Shown here: piece after piece, positions 46,386 through 62,394 of the stretch
Numbering within the stretch: the first letter of the stretch is position 1
How the letters are laid out: the number at the start of each line of letters is the position of its first letter
DNA from: the human T2T-CHM13v2.0 reference genome, Homo sapiens
Length of the DNA: 64,000 nt
NCBI RefSeq assembly: GCF_009914755.1
Contig: NC_060930.1
Reading direction: 5' to 3' (one strand)
The notes under the pieces: generated by a model
Told to the model about the DNA's origin: nothing
What the model saw: only the letters and a program-made list of their open reading frames with translations
Database searches by the model: none
Program-made: the position numbers and the translations under genes

Positions 46386-47894
46386 TTTGTGCTGATTCTA
46401 TAGTCTTATTTTCACATCCTATCAGTTACTGTAAGTAACTCTTGATTCCAAGAACTGTATAATAGGAAAGGGTAGCTTCCAATTATCTACTCTTGCTTGA
46501 TAATGCATTAATTCCACATAGCCTTTAAAAGTTTAGTAAATTTTAGGATAAATTTTCGAACTGTTATTTCCTATTGGCTGTTAGAAAATTGTGTTGCTCA
46601 AAGGGGAACATGTCTATTGTGCCTTGTGGAGATTTTCCTACAGCTTTTCTGGCTGACCCGTCACTTGCACTCTGGAACTCTCCTAAACCAGATACGGCCC
46701 ACCACGTGGCATGGTGTGGATCCTGGACTTTCTGTCATCCGTTAGGTTCATATTCTTGAAGCAAGTCTAGAACTATTTTCTGAGAGATTCCCTGGCTGTT
46801 GTTCTGTGTTTGGGTGGGTTAGTCACCTTTTTAGGTGAGAGACTTGATTTGGGTACACAGTTTCACAAAAGTATTGTCAACCCTGCTGGCCAAGTGACTG
46901 ACGTGCTGGGCATGGGAGCACACTCCATCGGCATGGCAGAGTGGATTCACTCCATGCCATTGCCAGAGAATAGGACTTTGAACCACAGCCACCCGGCTTT
47001 TTCTGAAAGGCCTGCTTGGGCAATGATGCCTGGAGAATTATCTGAAGAATGCAGTCTGTCCATTCCTCTGGAGATGGTCTAGTTTTTATCCCCAGACCAA
47101 GCTGAACCTCTTAGAGCTGTGCATTTATATTGTGTGGAATTGCCTTCAGCGACGTGTTCTATAACGTCGTGTTCTTGTCACCTTTTGAGGGACACTGGTG
47201 CTGTGGGGAAGATCCTCACCAATACGCAACAGCAGGGCCCTGTTCTCTCACCTGCCATCCCCTCTGGAAAGCTCACAGAGAGGGTTTCCTGGGTTGCTCC
47301 TTTTCCAAGCAGGACTTCTACTGTAGACTTACAGCTCCAGTTACAAGCCTGTGTGCTTGTCTGTTTCCCCACAAGGTGTTCTGACCTGGGAGGGAAGGGA
47401 CGGAATCCTATTCATCTCTGAATCCTAAATGCCAGGCCTAGCACTTGGCACACAGTGGGTTCCAGTTGTGGAATGAATTTTTTTCAGTCCTGACAATAAA
47501 TGTTGGGGTTCTTTAGTTTGTTTGTTGTTATTGTCTGTTTTATTTGTATTTTGGGGTTTTTTGCTTTTTCCCCCAGGGAATGAAAATGCCTTCTCCATAT
47601 GAACCAGACATATCCTGGGGCTGGGGCTGAGTGTCCTTTGTTGTTTGCTCTAATTATAACTAATGAACAGTTCAGCTCTGGTAATTGTAGGCTTGCTGGA
47701 CCCAGTGCCTGCCTTCTAACTGAATCTTGACTCTGCTCCATTATGTATTTTCCATGATCCTGATTTCTGTCAATCTAATTTTTAAATTTCATTCTAAGGC
47801 AAACCTGCTCATGTTCTTCGCTGAAATCAACCTCCCCTTTCTGGAATGGACATATGGAAAATTGGAGGCAAAATATAATAATGGTGGTGACTCA

Positions 47895-48636
<742 letters not shown>

Positions 48637-49369
48637 GGAGGCCTTATTTTTACTGCTATTCAGAGAACCTGTGGCTTATCCATGGAGGGCTTAAGCTTTG
48701 CCTTTTCTCTTGCTCATTTCCATACCTAGCAAGAGCTTAAGCTGGTTTATTGCACTGACATTCTAATGAAATATAAATAGCTTCTCAACAGAGAGATAAG
48801 AAAGAGGAGTATCTAGTACAGCAAGACCCTCTGGGTGGGTCAGGGCCAGCTGGGGCCGTGCCGGGGCTCTGAGTGGAGGAGGTGGCGTGGGAGCACTGAT
48901 GCTCGGGCTCTGTCACATCCGTTTTTGGCATTTGTCCTGGCAAAGGCTGCATTTCTGATCTTTCAGAAAGCTGTGGGTACACTGTACAGAAATGTGTTTT
49001 GCTTGCTTTGAAGGATGACCTACTGGCTGACAGCCAGCCAGAATTAATTCCATATACATTTGCAGATTTTCAGTATGAGAGACGGCAATTAGCCTACAGA
49101 AACCCATTTAACCCCCGAGGTGGAGCTGTATGGTGAAGACTGTTATTTATGGGAGTCTGTGTAATTTGCCTCTGTGACAAGGGACAGCCATGGCTCAGGA
49201 GGGCCCACGCCACCCTCCTTTTCAAGGACTCCTGCCCCTGCCTGAGTGGCTTGGCCTGGCCTGGCCATGTGAGTCTTGTGGACACGTGCACATCAGTCAG
49301 GGACCCCTGTGGTATGGACCAAAGGGTTGTTTTTTACTGTTTTAACTTATTTAATAGCATCTCATCAGT

Positions 49370-49535
49370 ATTACAGGCATGTGCCGCCACGCCAGGCTAA
49401 TTTTTTTTGTATTTTTAATAGAGACGGGGTTTCACCATATTGGCCAGGCTGGTCTTGAACTCCTGACCTCAGGTGATCACCCCGTGTCAGCTTCCAAAGT
49501 GCTGGGAGTACAGGCGTGAGCCACCGCACCTGGCC
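49370..49535 (-). mobile_element. Partial Alu (left arm plus linker)
   Basis: Antisense; 3' half missing. Confidence 0.85.
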
Positions 49536-49746
49536 CACAGAGCTTCTAAAGGAAATGTGTTGGTTTTTTAATCAAAGTTGAGGCAGTGCCTCAGTGAGGG
49601 GCAGGCTGGAGCAGTGGTAAGCGCGCTGAAGGAGTCGGGCTCTCTGGGCCCAAAGTCCTGCCCTGGCCACAGAGTGGCTCCCTTCCCCCTGAGGTGGGAT
49701 GATGTTCTCCAGGGCCTTTTAGCTCCAGGCTGCTACAGTTCTAAAC

Positions 49747-50036
49747 TGGTGGTGGTGGTGGTGGTGGTGGTGGTTGTGGTGGTTGTTTTAGATGCAGTCT
49801 CACTCTTTTCCCCAGGCTGGGATGCAGTGGCATGATCTCGGCTCACTGCAACCTTCGCCTCCTGGGTTCAAGCGATTTTCCTGCCTGCGCCACCACGCAC
49901 AGCTAATTTTTGTATTAGTAGAGTTGGGGTTTTGCCATGTTGGCCAGGCTGCTCTCGAACTCCTGACCTCAGGTGATCCGCTCACCTCAGCCTCCCAAAG
50001 TGCTGGGATTACAGATACGAGCCACCGCACCTGGCC
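49747..50036 (-). mobile_element. Alu with a (GGT)n tail-derived microsatellite
   Basis: (GGT)n at 49747-49785, then an antisense Alu. Confidence 0.9.
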
Positions 50037-50899
50037 ATGATTGTTGTTTTTATAAAATCAGAATATAAAATTTGAAAATGTTCTTTTTTGGTGAGAAATG
50101 AGAACTACCAAAGGAGTAAAATGCTCTAAAAGCCATCAGGTCCTTCCCACAGTATTGAGGCTCTGCTCTTACCATTTTGTTAAATAAGTTTTGTTCCTAA
50201 CACTCTTTGTGATATGAAGTATTCTTGCTAATCAAGCTGCCCGGAGACTGGCGTTTCCCAGAGCAGTTTCGAAAGTGGAAATGATGCTGCATTTCCTACC
50301 CACAGTCTGGAGGGTGGCTGTGCTCTCTGCACGGTGGGTCTGTGCTGCTCAGTTACGGGATGGTAAGGGAAGGCTCTAACTCGGTGTCTTACACCATGCA
50401 CTAGGGAGTCGCCCGCTTTATTTACGAGCGAGTTGATGCTTTCAGTGGGTTTTGGCTTTGCCTGGTTCCAGACTCAAGCCCTTCCTCTAATGTAGGGCGG
50501 GTACAAGAGAGACTTGAGCAAGGATATTGGGATTTAAGGGAAGGGCAGTGCAGGCCAAGGTCAGCAAGAGGACATCTCTAAGATGAACAGCACTGCATTT
50601 GTGGGAAGCAACCCTGCCATAAACAACTCAGTTAACGTTTACATAGTAAATAATTGCATTGCCTTGGGCTGGAATAGGGACGCCAGAAGGTATAGGACCA
50701 TGTGGAATTCAGAAAAGGGAGCCCTGAAGAATGAGATTTTATTGTTCTTACCAGGAGAGTCCAGGTGCTAGAGTTCTCTCCTTGTAAGTGACTAACCTTC
50801 TCCCTTTTGGTACACAATCCTCAGATGAACGGAGATGATTCATTAGGCCATTCTAGCTTAATGGATGCATCACTGTGCAACCACGCAAATGCCTCATTT

Positions 50900-52290
50900 C
50901 TGATTCACTCATTTAATATTTATTGAGGAGTGCTGGGTACTAGGCCATTAGAAGAACAAACAACAACAACATAGGCCTGGACCTTGCACTTGCAGAGTTC
51001 ACAGGCTAGAGAGGCACACAAGTTAAATATAGAGACAGCTGAAAGAGCTGACGTCTGGGACAGAGGGAGCCCCCTGCTCCAGGAGCCAGGGAGCAGATGC
51101 CATGGGGGGCTGGCAGGGATAGGGAAGTCAGGCCAGGAATGGGGTTACCTAAGCCGGATCATGAAGGACGAGAACAGACTCACCAGGGGTCGAGGGACAA
51201 GGAGGCAGCAAGTCCGCAGCATGAAGGCAGGAGAGAACATTGCTGTAAGCCTTTACCATGGCCACTGCATGGGGAGGAAACAGGAGATTTGGAATGAGCT
51301 GTGACACTGGGCAGGAAAGCAAGACCCAGGTCTTGTGAGGCCTTGAGCGTCAAGCTTAGGAGTCAGGACCTGGGGATTTTAAGTACAGCAATATCATAAT
51401 TACATTCATGTTTCAGAGAGATCACTCAGGCAGCAGTCTGGAAGGTGGAGTGGAAAACGGAGAAATTAGTCATGAAGACCTATTTAGAAAGTAGTAGGCA
51501 AGAAATACCCAGGGCCTAACCTGAGGTGTAGGCAGGGGATGGGAATGAGAGCAATTACCGAACTAGAATGAACTAAACTCAATGAACAGGAGCGGGGAAG
51601 AGGGAATGCAGAAATGGCTCTCAGATTTCTGACTTGTTCGCTTAATGACTGGGGTTGTCATTTGTTTAGATAAGCAATAAAGAACCTAGAAACAATTTTA
51701 GGCGGAAGATAGTTGTGTTGGGAGCCCCTAAGACCATGATTTATTACAGCACAAGGATACAAAGCAAAATTAGCAAAAGGAAACAGCACGTGGGGTCAAG
51801 TCCAGGGGAGCTCAGGCGCAAGCTTCCAGAGTACTCTCCCCATAGAGTCACACAAGATACACTTAGTTCCTCCAGCATTGAACTATGACGACACCTGAAA
51901 TATTGTCTGCAGAAGAGGCTCATTAGAGACTCAGTCCCCAAGGTTTTTATTGGGTAATGGTCACGTACCAAATTTCAGTCTCTCAGAACAAAAGCAAATG
52001 TTCAGCATAGACCATTTTGTTTGTGAAATTTAGGCACAGTGAGCCCCTCTTGTCAGTTAGAGGATAGTTGAAACCCTCCCACAATCCAAGTTCTCAGACT
52101 CAGGCCTGCTACATTATTTCTTTCCTACACAGTAGTGGATTTGGTTACTAACATGTTGGATCTGAAGCATTTGTTGTAATTTACAGTGAAGATGTCCACT
52201 GCACAGTTCCGTATTGAGTCTGAGGTTCACTGGAGACATCTGTGCTATCAATGAAAGTTTCTGGAGTCATTAGCCCCTCAAAGGGTCATT
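50900..52290 (-). mobile_element. L2 interrupted by an LTR
   Basis: attcactcatttaatatttattgag 3' end; agagatcactcaggcagcag; cagatttctgacttg; ggatctgaagcat. Confidence 0.65.
51714..52131 (-). mobile_element. ERVL LTR (MER77/MER68-like), internally deleted
   Basis: tg...ca ends, near-TSD atagt/gtagt; aggatacaaagcaaaattagcaaaagg and gagactcagt..ccaaggtttttattggg blocks. Confidence 0.6.
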
Positions 52291-52714
52291 AAAACCAGGT
52301 CTTCTAGAGAGAAAGTCTAACCCTGTATTCCTTTAAACCACCATAGAGACCATCTAGTTCTTCACATTATAAAAATGAGAAAACTGAGTCCCCAGCGATG
52401 TGGCTTGGTTGCACATTTTTCTATTTCAAGTCTGTTACTCCTTCCATCATACCAGACTGCCTCACAAAATGACAAAGTCAGGCATTGTTCATAAAAGAAC
52501 AAAATGGCATTTAGGTTATAAATCAGGCCCTTGTAAGTTTGGTTAATACAACTTATTTCCCAAAGATCCTGGTCCTCAGACCCTCAAAAGGAGAGCTGAT
52601 CACATCAAGGCCTCTACCTGGAAGGAATTTCTAAGCAGCCTCTAAGTCAACTGTTCATGTTCAGTCCACCTTGATTTACAAAGAACAGTGAATCATTAAG
52701 ACCTTTCTCTCCAA

Positions 52715-53050
<336 letters not shown>

Positions 53051-53436
53051 TTAACAGGCACTCTGTTTGCCACTAGGAATAAAAAGATAAATGGGACAAA
53101 GTCTTTGCCCTCAAGTTACTTATATTCTAGAGCCAAGAAAGAGATAGATGAAGAACACATCTTATATATTAGGACTGTGTTGGGGGCAGGAGTAGGCAGA
53201 GTAACCCTTTGGATATGGGAAATGAAAATAAATCAAACTCAAAACAAGTTTATTATTTGCTTGAAGCTCTGGTAAAAGATAAAGTGAAACCTGCAAACTG
53301 TAAAATGAAGTTGCTGCTACACATTTCTCCAGTTTTGGATTTCATTCTTGGATGGCCTTTAACTTGGATAGAAGGATACAAGACAGCCATATATATATAT
53401 ATATACAGCTGTTGCTCTTTAAGATATCCACTTCAC

Positions 53437-53612
53437 CCTGTTGTGGGGTGGGAGGAGGGGGGAGGGATAGCATTAGGAGATATACCTAATGTAAATGTCG
53501 AGTTAATGGGTGCAGCACACCAACATGGCACATGTATACATATGTAACAAACCTGCACCTTGTGCGCATGTACCCTAGAACTTAAAGTACAATAAAAAAA
53601 AAAATTAAAGAA
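53437..53612 (+). mobile_element. Severely 5'-truncated L1PA 3' end
   Basis: gggatagcattaggagatatacctaatg...gtaccctagaacttaaagtacaataaa; TSD aaga(t/g)atccacttc at 53421 and 53613. Confidence 0.93.
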
Positions 53613-54871
53613 AAGAGATCCACTTCGCTCAGCACATGTGATTTGGCTTTGGTCTTTGGTGTTAATTTGGATGCCTAAAGAACTGACTTTCCTTGATGCT
53701 CACTCCAGCCTTTTTAGGACTAGATTGGATACATTTACATGTTTGCTGGCTGTTTTTTCTACAGTCACACATCCTACCCATAATAATATTGCAATATTCT
53801 AAGTTGTCTTGGAGGATATCATCAAGTAGGTGTCAAGTAAAACTTAATGGTAGACTGTAAATTTTAAAACAAGTTACAGGTCATTTGTGTAGTCTCTCTC
53901 TATATATATATTAAAAGAAACAAAACTTTTCCCTCTTGAATCTTTATTCCTATCTCAGCTTCATTTATTGCCTCGTTTGTCATCTAAATGGTCTTTGTTC
54001 TTTCAGCTTTCAAACATGATTAATTGACATTGTGCAGCATAGCACAGGGAAAAGGCTGAATATTTTGTATGATGAGTAATCTAGTTAAACGCCCATCTTT
54101 CTTTTCAACTTTACCAACAAATGTGTCTTATGCAGATGTAAGGGCGGTTTGCTTATTTCCCTGTTCAAAATTTTATGCTATTAGCCTAGCATAGCATGTT
54201 TCTTTTCCATTGAGCTAGCCAAAAATAATATTGACAAATTCATGAAGCCTTCCATCTGATACTGTTGCAAACTTATGCAAATGTATTTTAGACTGTTAAG
54301 GGAATGTAAGAATTAAATAATTAAACATCCAAATGTCAAGAATGGGATAGGAAGAAGTAACTGGCCTCATGTTGGAAGTTAATGAAATATTTGAAAATAT
54401 ACCTTTAAAATCAAAGACATGAATTTGTGTTTTGGGTTTTTTTTTTTCAGATTTGAATAAAGCAGAGTATAATATTATAGTTGCTGCAGGAAGTTATGAG
54501 CATTTCTGGAAGTGCTTATTTTCAGCACATGCTACTTAGAATTTTAAAGGACATTCAGTGTATCTTTGTCATGAATCTTTCTACTGGGACCAGGCCACTC
54601 CTGGATGAACTCACAGATTGAGAGCTTCTCAAAATGTAAAATCAAATTGTCTTTTAAAATATGCTATTTTAAAGTTCTGGAGAATCAATGAACTTTAAAT
54701 GAAAATCGGCCAATACTTGGCAAAAAGTCAATTTGAAGAGTTGTCTCTTTATAATCTCTGATTTCACTTATAGAGCTTGCTTCCAAAAAAAGTACTACGT
54801 ATGTCATAAATCTGAAATGTTTTGCTTTTATGCCATTTTTAAGTCCTGATAAATATTCTTGAAGTGTTAAA

Positions 54872-55172
54872 TTATTATTATTATTATTATTTGAGATGGA
54901 GTCACTCTGTCGCCCAGGCTGGAGTACAGTGGTGTGATCTTGGCTCATTGCAACCTCCGCCCCCCCGGATTCGAGTGATTCTCCTGCCTCAGCCTCCCGA
55001 GTATCTGGGATTACAGGTGCCTGCCACTGCATCCGGCTAATGTTTTGTATTTTTAGTAGAGACAGGGTTTTACCATCTTGGCCAGGCTGTTCTTGAACTC
55101 CTGACCTTGTGATCCGCCTGCCTCGGCCTCCCAAAGTGCTGGAATTATAGGCATGAGCCGCCGTGCCCAGCC
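54872..55172 (-). mobile_element. AluS with a (TTA)n tail
   Basis: TSD agtgttaaattatt. Confidence 0.93.
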
Positions 55173-55306
55173 AGTGTTAAATTATTTTTAACTTGTTAGA
55201 AATAATTGTCCCACAACTTACTGAAGGTTGGTTTAATATTCACTATTGTTCCCAAAAAACTCTTAAAATATTAAACCAACTCATAGCTCATAACTTTTCA
55301 AGGTAG

Positions 55307-55663
<357 letters not shown>

Positions 55664-55949
55664 ACTATTCTTAAGTGACCTTCTGCACATCTCTGTAGTT
55701 TTATGCCTGGTGATGGCGTTTAATTTAGGAGTATCTGGCATGCCACTCCAGTCTGACAGCTAGGGGCATGTTAGCAAAGGGGGCATTTTTCAGGTGAGTG
55801 GGTGAGCATAGCCGTGCTGACCATCTTTCCTATCCAGAGGGAAGGCCTAGCAGGGACTCACGCCATCTTGACTTGCCTGCCCCAGGCTCCCTCTCACTGC
55901 TCCCCTGGCCTCTTCCTCTTCTCCAGACAATGGGGCCTTATGCTCGCTG

Positions 55950-56430
55950 TGTTTGTCAGAACTCTCTTGTGGTTGTGGCTGCAAGTAAGAGAAACTCAAC
56001 TCGAGCTTATTCAGAAAGAGGGGATGGATTGACCCAGATAACAGAAAAGTGCTAGGCTAGATCTGGCCTTAGCCACAGCTGGATCCAGCCTTCTGGCATT
56101 TGTGCTCCGTTCCTCAGCCCTGCCCCACTGGGAGTGATGCCTTCTGTTCACAGTGTGATCTGCTTCATACTCAAAACTCCCTATCCAGAGGAAGAGGAAT
56201 CTTTTCTCTCCCACCATCTGCACAGCAGTATTCAGGAATCCCCTGCCAGGCTCTGTTGGCCTCATGTGCCCTGTCCTAATCCACCACTGTGCCCAGCCAG
56301 GGTGTGGCCATACATGCCCATCCTGTGCATAGGGCAGGAGCAGACCCACCTGCACCACATGCGGTGGCCGCCATGACCACAAGACCAGGATAGGAGTGCT
56401 GATCAGGCCAGACCCCAAGGGCTGTTGCTC
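55950..56430. mobile_element. Old MLT1-type MaLR LTR
   Basis: gtcagaactctc...gctgcaagtaagagaaactcaactc; ctctgttggcc...tgtcctaatcc. Confidence 0.5.
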
Positions 56431-56715
56431 AGACCATACCTGGCCTGTAGAGTAGAAGAACTAAATGTCTCACACAGGCAAAGACTACTCTTCAATTCCT
56501 TTAATTGCAGGTGTATGTTGGAGTCCATGAAATACAAAGTTATTGAGAAGCATAACTAAATTTATAGTAGCTCCTCATTATATATTTTCATGTTGATAGG
56601 ATTCTGCCCCCATGGGAATTAATTTTCTTCATCAAAAGTGATCTCCATACTCACAAACACTGAATAGCTTTGGGCTTTTAAAAACAATGTTTTGGCTTTA
56701 AAAGAACCACAGGAG

Positions 56716-57020
56716 GCTGGGCGCGGTGGCTTACGCCTGTAATCCCAGCACTTTGGGAGGCCGAGGCGGGCGGATCATGAGGTCAGAAGATTGAGACCAT
56801 CCTAGCTAACATGGTGAAACCCTGTCTCTACTAAAAATACAAAAAAATCAGCCTGGCGTGGTGGCAGGCACCTGTAGTCCCAGCTATTCAGGAGGCTGAG
56901 GCAGGGGAATGGTGTGAACCCAGGAGGCAGAGCTTGCAAGTGAGCTGAGATCATGCCACTGCACTCCAGCCTGGGCGACAGAGCAAGACTCCATCTCAAA
57001 AAAAAAAAAAAAAAAAAAAA
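56716..57020 (+). mobile_element. AluY-like element
   Basis: TSD aaaagaacca. Confidence 0.92.
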
Positions 57021-57044
57021 GAACCATGGCAAAAGTGTCCTTTA

Positions 57045-57347
<303 letters not shown>

Positions 57348-57532
57348 TTAGTCTACTGTTGGTTCTTCCAAAGAGCCATCCTTTCGCTGATGCTTTAGGA
57401 ACTCCCAACCTGGGTCCTGTCAAGGATAAGCTCTCATCTTATTCCCACAAAATTCCTAGAGTTACTCATCATTTTCCTTTCATATTCAGCTCATTAAAGC
57501 AGTTTGTAGGTCTCTGTAGTCCATATTAGTAA

Positions 57533-57807
<275 letters not shown>

Positions 57808-57847
57808 ATCGATTTGATTATTATAAAATCAGGTTATATTGGTTTGA

Positions 57848-58223
<376 letters not shown>

Positions 58224-59800
58224 TAATGGGTGCCAGAAATAATGTTGTGTGTTAAACATAAATGTAGATGGGTAACCATGTATACAAATGCATATCTCCT
58301 CAACCCAGAGAGTGAAATTTCTCCACCCCAGTGACCCTGCCTCGCTGTATGGTTCATTCTTCTCCAGGAATTGAAACATGGTGGCAGCCTGCCAGCTTGG
58401 CGTTACCATTAATTCTTATTCTCTTCCCCTGCCGATGTCATGGGGACACCAGCCAAATGAACTCTGATGTGTCTCACGTAATGCATGTGGACTTCTGGTG
58501 CATGTAAACAGAGGGTGGTTATTCTTGATTGCACATTTGTGATTTTTAGTGATGCTCTAAGGGAGAAGCAAGAGGACTTGAATAACAGATTTATTCTCGG
58601 GCACTGCTACATGAAAGAGATGAGTAATGCCAAACAAATAACACAATTCTGATTCACGCCATTGGCAATGGAGGAGACTTCTGGGTAAACAAACCAAAGT
58701 AACAGCTAGAATGCAGATCTGATCACAGCAGTGTGTTTTGATTCAGTCTAAAGATGACAAAGAAAAGTTTCTGCTGGTCCTATCTGTAGCAACAAGGGCC
58801 TGCCCGCCTGACCACACTGCAGTGGAACAGCCACATTGTGATTTTGCGGGCCTGAAGCCTTTCGTCTGGTGACCCTTTAAGAGGAACTTGAGCCAAGATC
58901 TTATCAGTGATGGAGATGGAGACACCTCAGGATTTTCCAGTATCGTTTTTCACTTTTTGTTCTTGGACATAGTTAATAACGCTGCCAGGTCTTTCAAATG
59001 CTGAGGCATTTCCTCATAGCTCCAAGTAGCTGCTGCGGGTCAGATTCTGCTTGAACCGAGGGTTCAATTACAACATCCGTATGCTTTCCAGCCCACTCTC
59101 TGACCTTTGTTCTTTTTTTCAGTACTTTTTCAGGCTCTTAATGTTTCCATCCACTAATCTCAGGAGACTCTGTAAATATTCTGAGTATACATAGCCCAAT
59201 TACTTTTGAAAAGCTAATTTAATAGAAACTTCTTGATATGAATTGAATAAATTTTTTAACTTAAAAATCATTTACTTACAACTTAAGACAGTTAAACTTG
59301 AGAGTATTTGAAAGCTAGTAAACTTCAGAGCTTTCTTCAGTAGGCACGAACTTTACCATTTTTCTGACACTCAGCACGGTCAGCAATGACACATTCATTG
59401 GAGGACTCATCAATATCCCTAAAAATAGTAGCAGTACTCGTGCACAGCCTGATTTCTTTTGAACTTGGCTCAATTTCTTGGAAGCATTGATCATGGGATC
59501 CCGCTTTGATTCCTTTTCTGTAGACTAGTGCCAGTTTGCCCAGTTTCATTACATTTTTGGAAAGAGCTAAAACTATGGTATCGTTTTATTGCAGTCCTCA
59601 CATCAATCATAATTTGGAGCAGTCTTGGTGAAAGATGAGGAATTCAGACTGGGATCCTGGGCAAGGCAGGTCCAGGGGGCAAGAGGGATGGAATGCAGTG
59701 AGTACTTATTTTATATCATAAGTACAGCCACCTCAGCCTCATGACTTTTTAGCCACGGCTTCATTCCAAAGTGACCACAGTCATAAGGCCCAAAACTATC

Positions 59801-59801
59801 T

Positions 59802-59847
<46 letters not shown>

Positions 59848-59856
59848 CCTCTCTCT
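59801..59856. repeat. (CT)n polypyrimidine microsatellite
   Basis: Seen directly. Confidence 0.95.
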
Positions 59857-61100
59857 GTCATAGGGACCTCCCTAATCCTCCAGGTTGTACAGCCAGGAAG
59901 GGTAAGGTATTGTCAAAAACAAGTGAGGTACCCCCTTGATAGCTCAGTGGGCCAGAGGGCCTCTGGATGCTGGCTGATCATGGCAAAAACTAAATACAGA
60001 ATCCATACAGTGGATTCTCTGTGCTTTTTCTCTTCACCCCTCCTTACCCTTGACCAAATTTCTGACTGTGTTATTTTCTTATTGCAGTCCTCCCTGCTAG
60101 ATATACAACTTTGACTTTCATCAGAAGAAAGTGCTCCCATTGCATTATTAGCTAAACCATGTTGCAGTGGCAACGCTCCTTCTTCCAGCTTGCCTCGGTG
60201 TTTCTGTAGTTAGCATCAGGTGTCCTTGGTTCTGTTTACCAGCCTGTCCAGGGATCACTTCCCTGGTGGGATCTCTCTGGTGACCCTCATCTCAGAGCTC
60301 AGCGGTGCCTTTGGGGCTACTTGCCAGACAACTCCATGTGACAGAGGGCCAGGTCCAAGTGCTCGATCACCCCAGCCACCATTTCAGAGTTCTCGGATTA
60401 TAGATCCCTCAACGAGTCCCAGTGAGACACCGAACATGCCATAGAAGCTATGTTTTTCTATTTCAGCACACAGTAAAACACTACCTCTTAGATGTCGATG
60501 AGTACATGCTGCTTTTATGTTGACGCAGAGGACCTGTGTTGACTCTTCATCGGCAAGGTGTCTTTTTTTTAAGTTTCAATTGACACATACCACCTCTGGC
60601 CCAAGTGGACCACACAGTTATGCATGCCCTTTGGTGCAAGATACATCACGTCTCCAAGAACTCGGGTGTTTTTCTGATCATGGAGAATTAGATTCCACAT
60701 ATAGCTTGTATTTAGGATCTGCAGATTAGGTTTTATAAATTATGTTTGGCAAATGATAATCCACAAAGTAGATTCTAAGTTAAAATACTATAAAGTACTA
60801 TAATTTATGTTTAAATGTCTTTCAACCTGAGAGTTACTCTCCCTTAGAAGTCCCCAAAAATGCTGAAACCACACCAGGTTGATATCTGACCTTTCACTTT
60901 TGGAAAATGTGTATATTGTTGAACCTCTAATCTAGATTCGGACACCATCACCAACCAGCTTCTCTCTTTCAGTTGCCATCTGCACTTTACTGTTTAGTTT
61001 TTGTTGTCTTTAGGGAAAGTTGTAAAATACCCACATTCTTCTCAAGTTCTTCAAGTCTTTTGGTTTTTAGTAAACCCTTTTGTGACCTTGTCTTTGAGAA

Positions 61101-61321
61101 CAGAGGTCAACAAACATTTCCTTAATGGACTAGATAGTAGATATATCAGGACTTGCAGACCACATGGTCTCTGTCCTAACTACTCAACTCTGCCGTTATA
61201 GCACAAAACCAGCCGTACTCAATATATAAATGAATGACCCTGTGGCTGTGTTCCACTAAAACTTCATAAAAATAAGCAGCTGGCCAGATTTGCTGTGTGG
61301 GTCTTAGTTTGCCAACCCCTG
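61101..61321 (+). mobile_element. MER58A hAT-Charlie MITE
   Basis: TIRs cagaggtcaacaaac / gtttgccaacccctg; actactcaactctgcc and ggctgtgttcca..aaaactt blocks. Confidence 0.85.
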
Positions 61322-62394
61322 ATCTAGAAGAAAAGAGTTTTGTGTAATGTTTGGGTAATAAAATAAACATACCAAACCATCTCAGGAATCCCTAACCTTT
61401 TCCTCATTGGGAACTATTTTCCCAGTATCCCCAAGTACTGGTGGGAATGAGATAAAAAGGGCCAGGCATGCCATTCCCTAAAGCAGATAGCCAACCCTCT
61501 TTCTTTCCCTGTGGAAATCCCCTCTGCCTACAGGGAGGAGAAGCAACTGGTTTGGAAGCTGCCAGCCAGTCCGTTTATTTAGAAAATTCTAAGCCGAGTT
61601 CCAGATCACTTTGCGTCAACTCTAAAATACAGCCGCAAATGAAATAAATGTTGTTTATAATCCTACCAAGTCTAGTAGGTGTGTATGTGCTTGAGGTTAA
61701 ACTTTTGTGTAAGCTCCAGACTTACTTTAGGTTTATAGAAAATTACATCGCAATTGATACAATGGTTGTGTTGGGTGATGGAGATAGAGGGAGAAGAAGT
61801 GAAAGTGAAATTTTGGTCAAAATTGGATACCACCCTAATAAGCCGGGAGATAAGGGGTGCTGCAGAACTGTTTTCTGTGATACAGTGCATCTACATTGAT
61901 AATTTGTGTTTTATGTACTTTTAAAATGAGGCTTTATTGGCTTGATTTCTGTGAGAAAAATCACTAATGGGCTGATCGTACTGCTCTACTTCAACATGCA
62001 AGAGAATTGCTCAGACGCTTGTCAGATGCCTGAACCACATACTTATTTGAGAATGTGCCATCATAGGAAGCTTTCATTCACCAAGGTCACCGAGAGGGCA
62101 GCCCAGGGAAGCACGTTGAACTTCACATGGTTCTGGCCACTCGTGTCAGTAGCAAAGCAAGGAAATAAGGAGCTGACTTGCCCAAAAATTACAAGTTCAG
62201 AGAAAACGGACTTGTTTTGTTTGGAAAAGGCAGATAACGGAGCAGTAACTAAAGAATCCTCTTTTTTTATTATTATTGTTGTTGCTCAATTTATAAACCT
62301 AAACAGAAAATGTGTGTTGCCTTATTTCCTCTTCTTTTCTACAGATAACTTTCTTTTAAAACATTCTAAATATTAAGCAACATTATAAGTACAG

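Noticed and set aside
54066-54170. Possible C/D-box snoRNA (ATGATGA box C)
   Set aside because: No CTGA box D at a suitable distance and no terminal stem.
59337-59549. 70-aa minus-strand ORF in unique sequence as a processed pseudogene
   Set aside because: No recognisable protein similarity, poly(A) or TSD.
61942-62376. 144-aa + strand ORF as the missing terminal MTHFD1L exon
   Set aside because: It lacks the FTHFS C-terminal TMPGL motif, starts at a non-ATG codon, and has no convincing acceptor.
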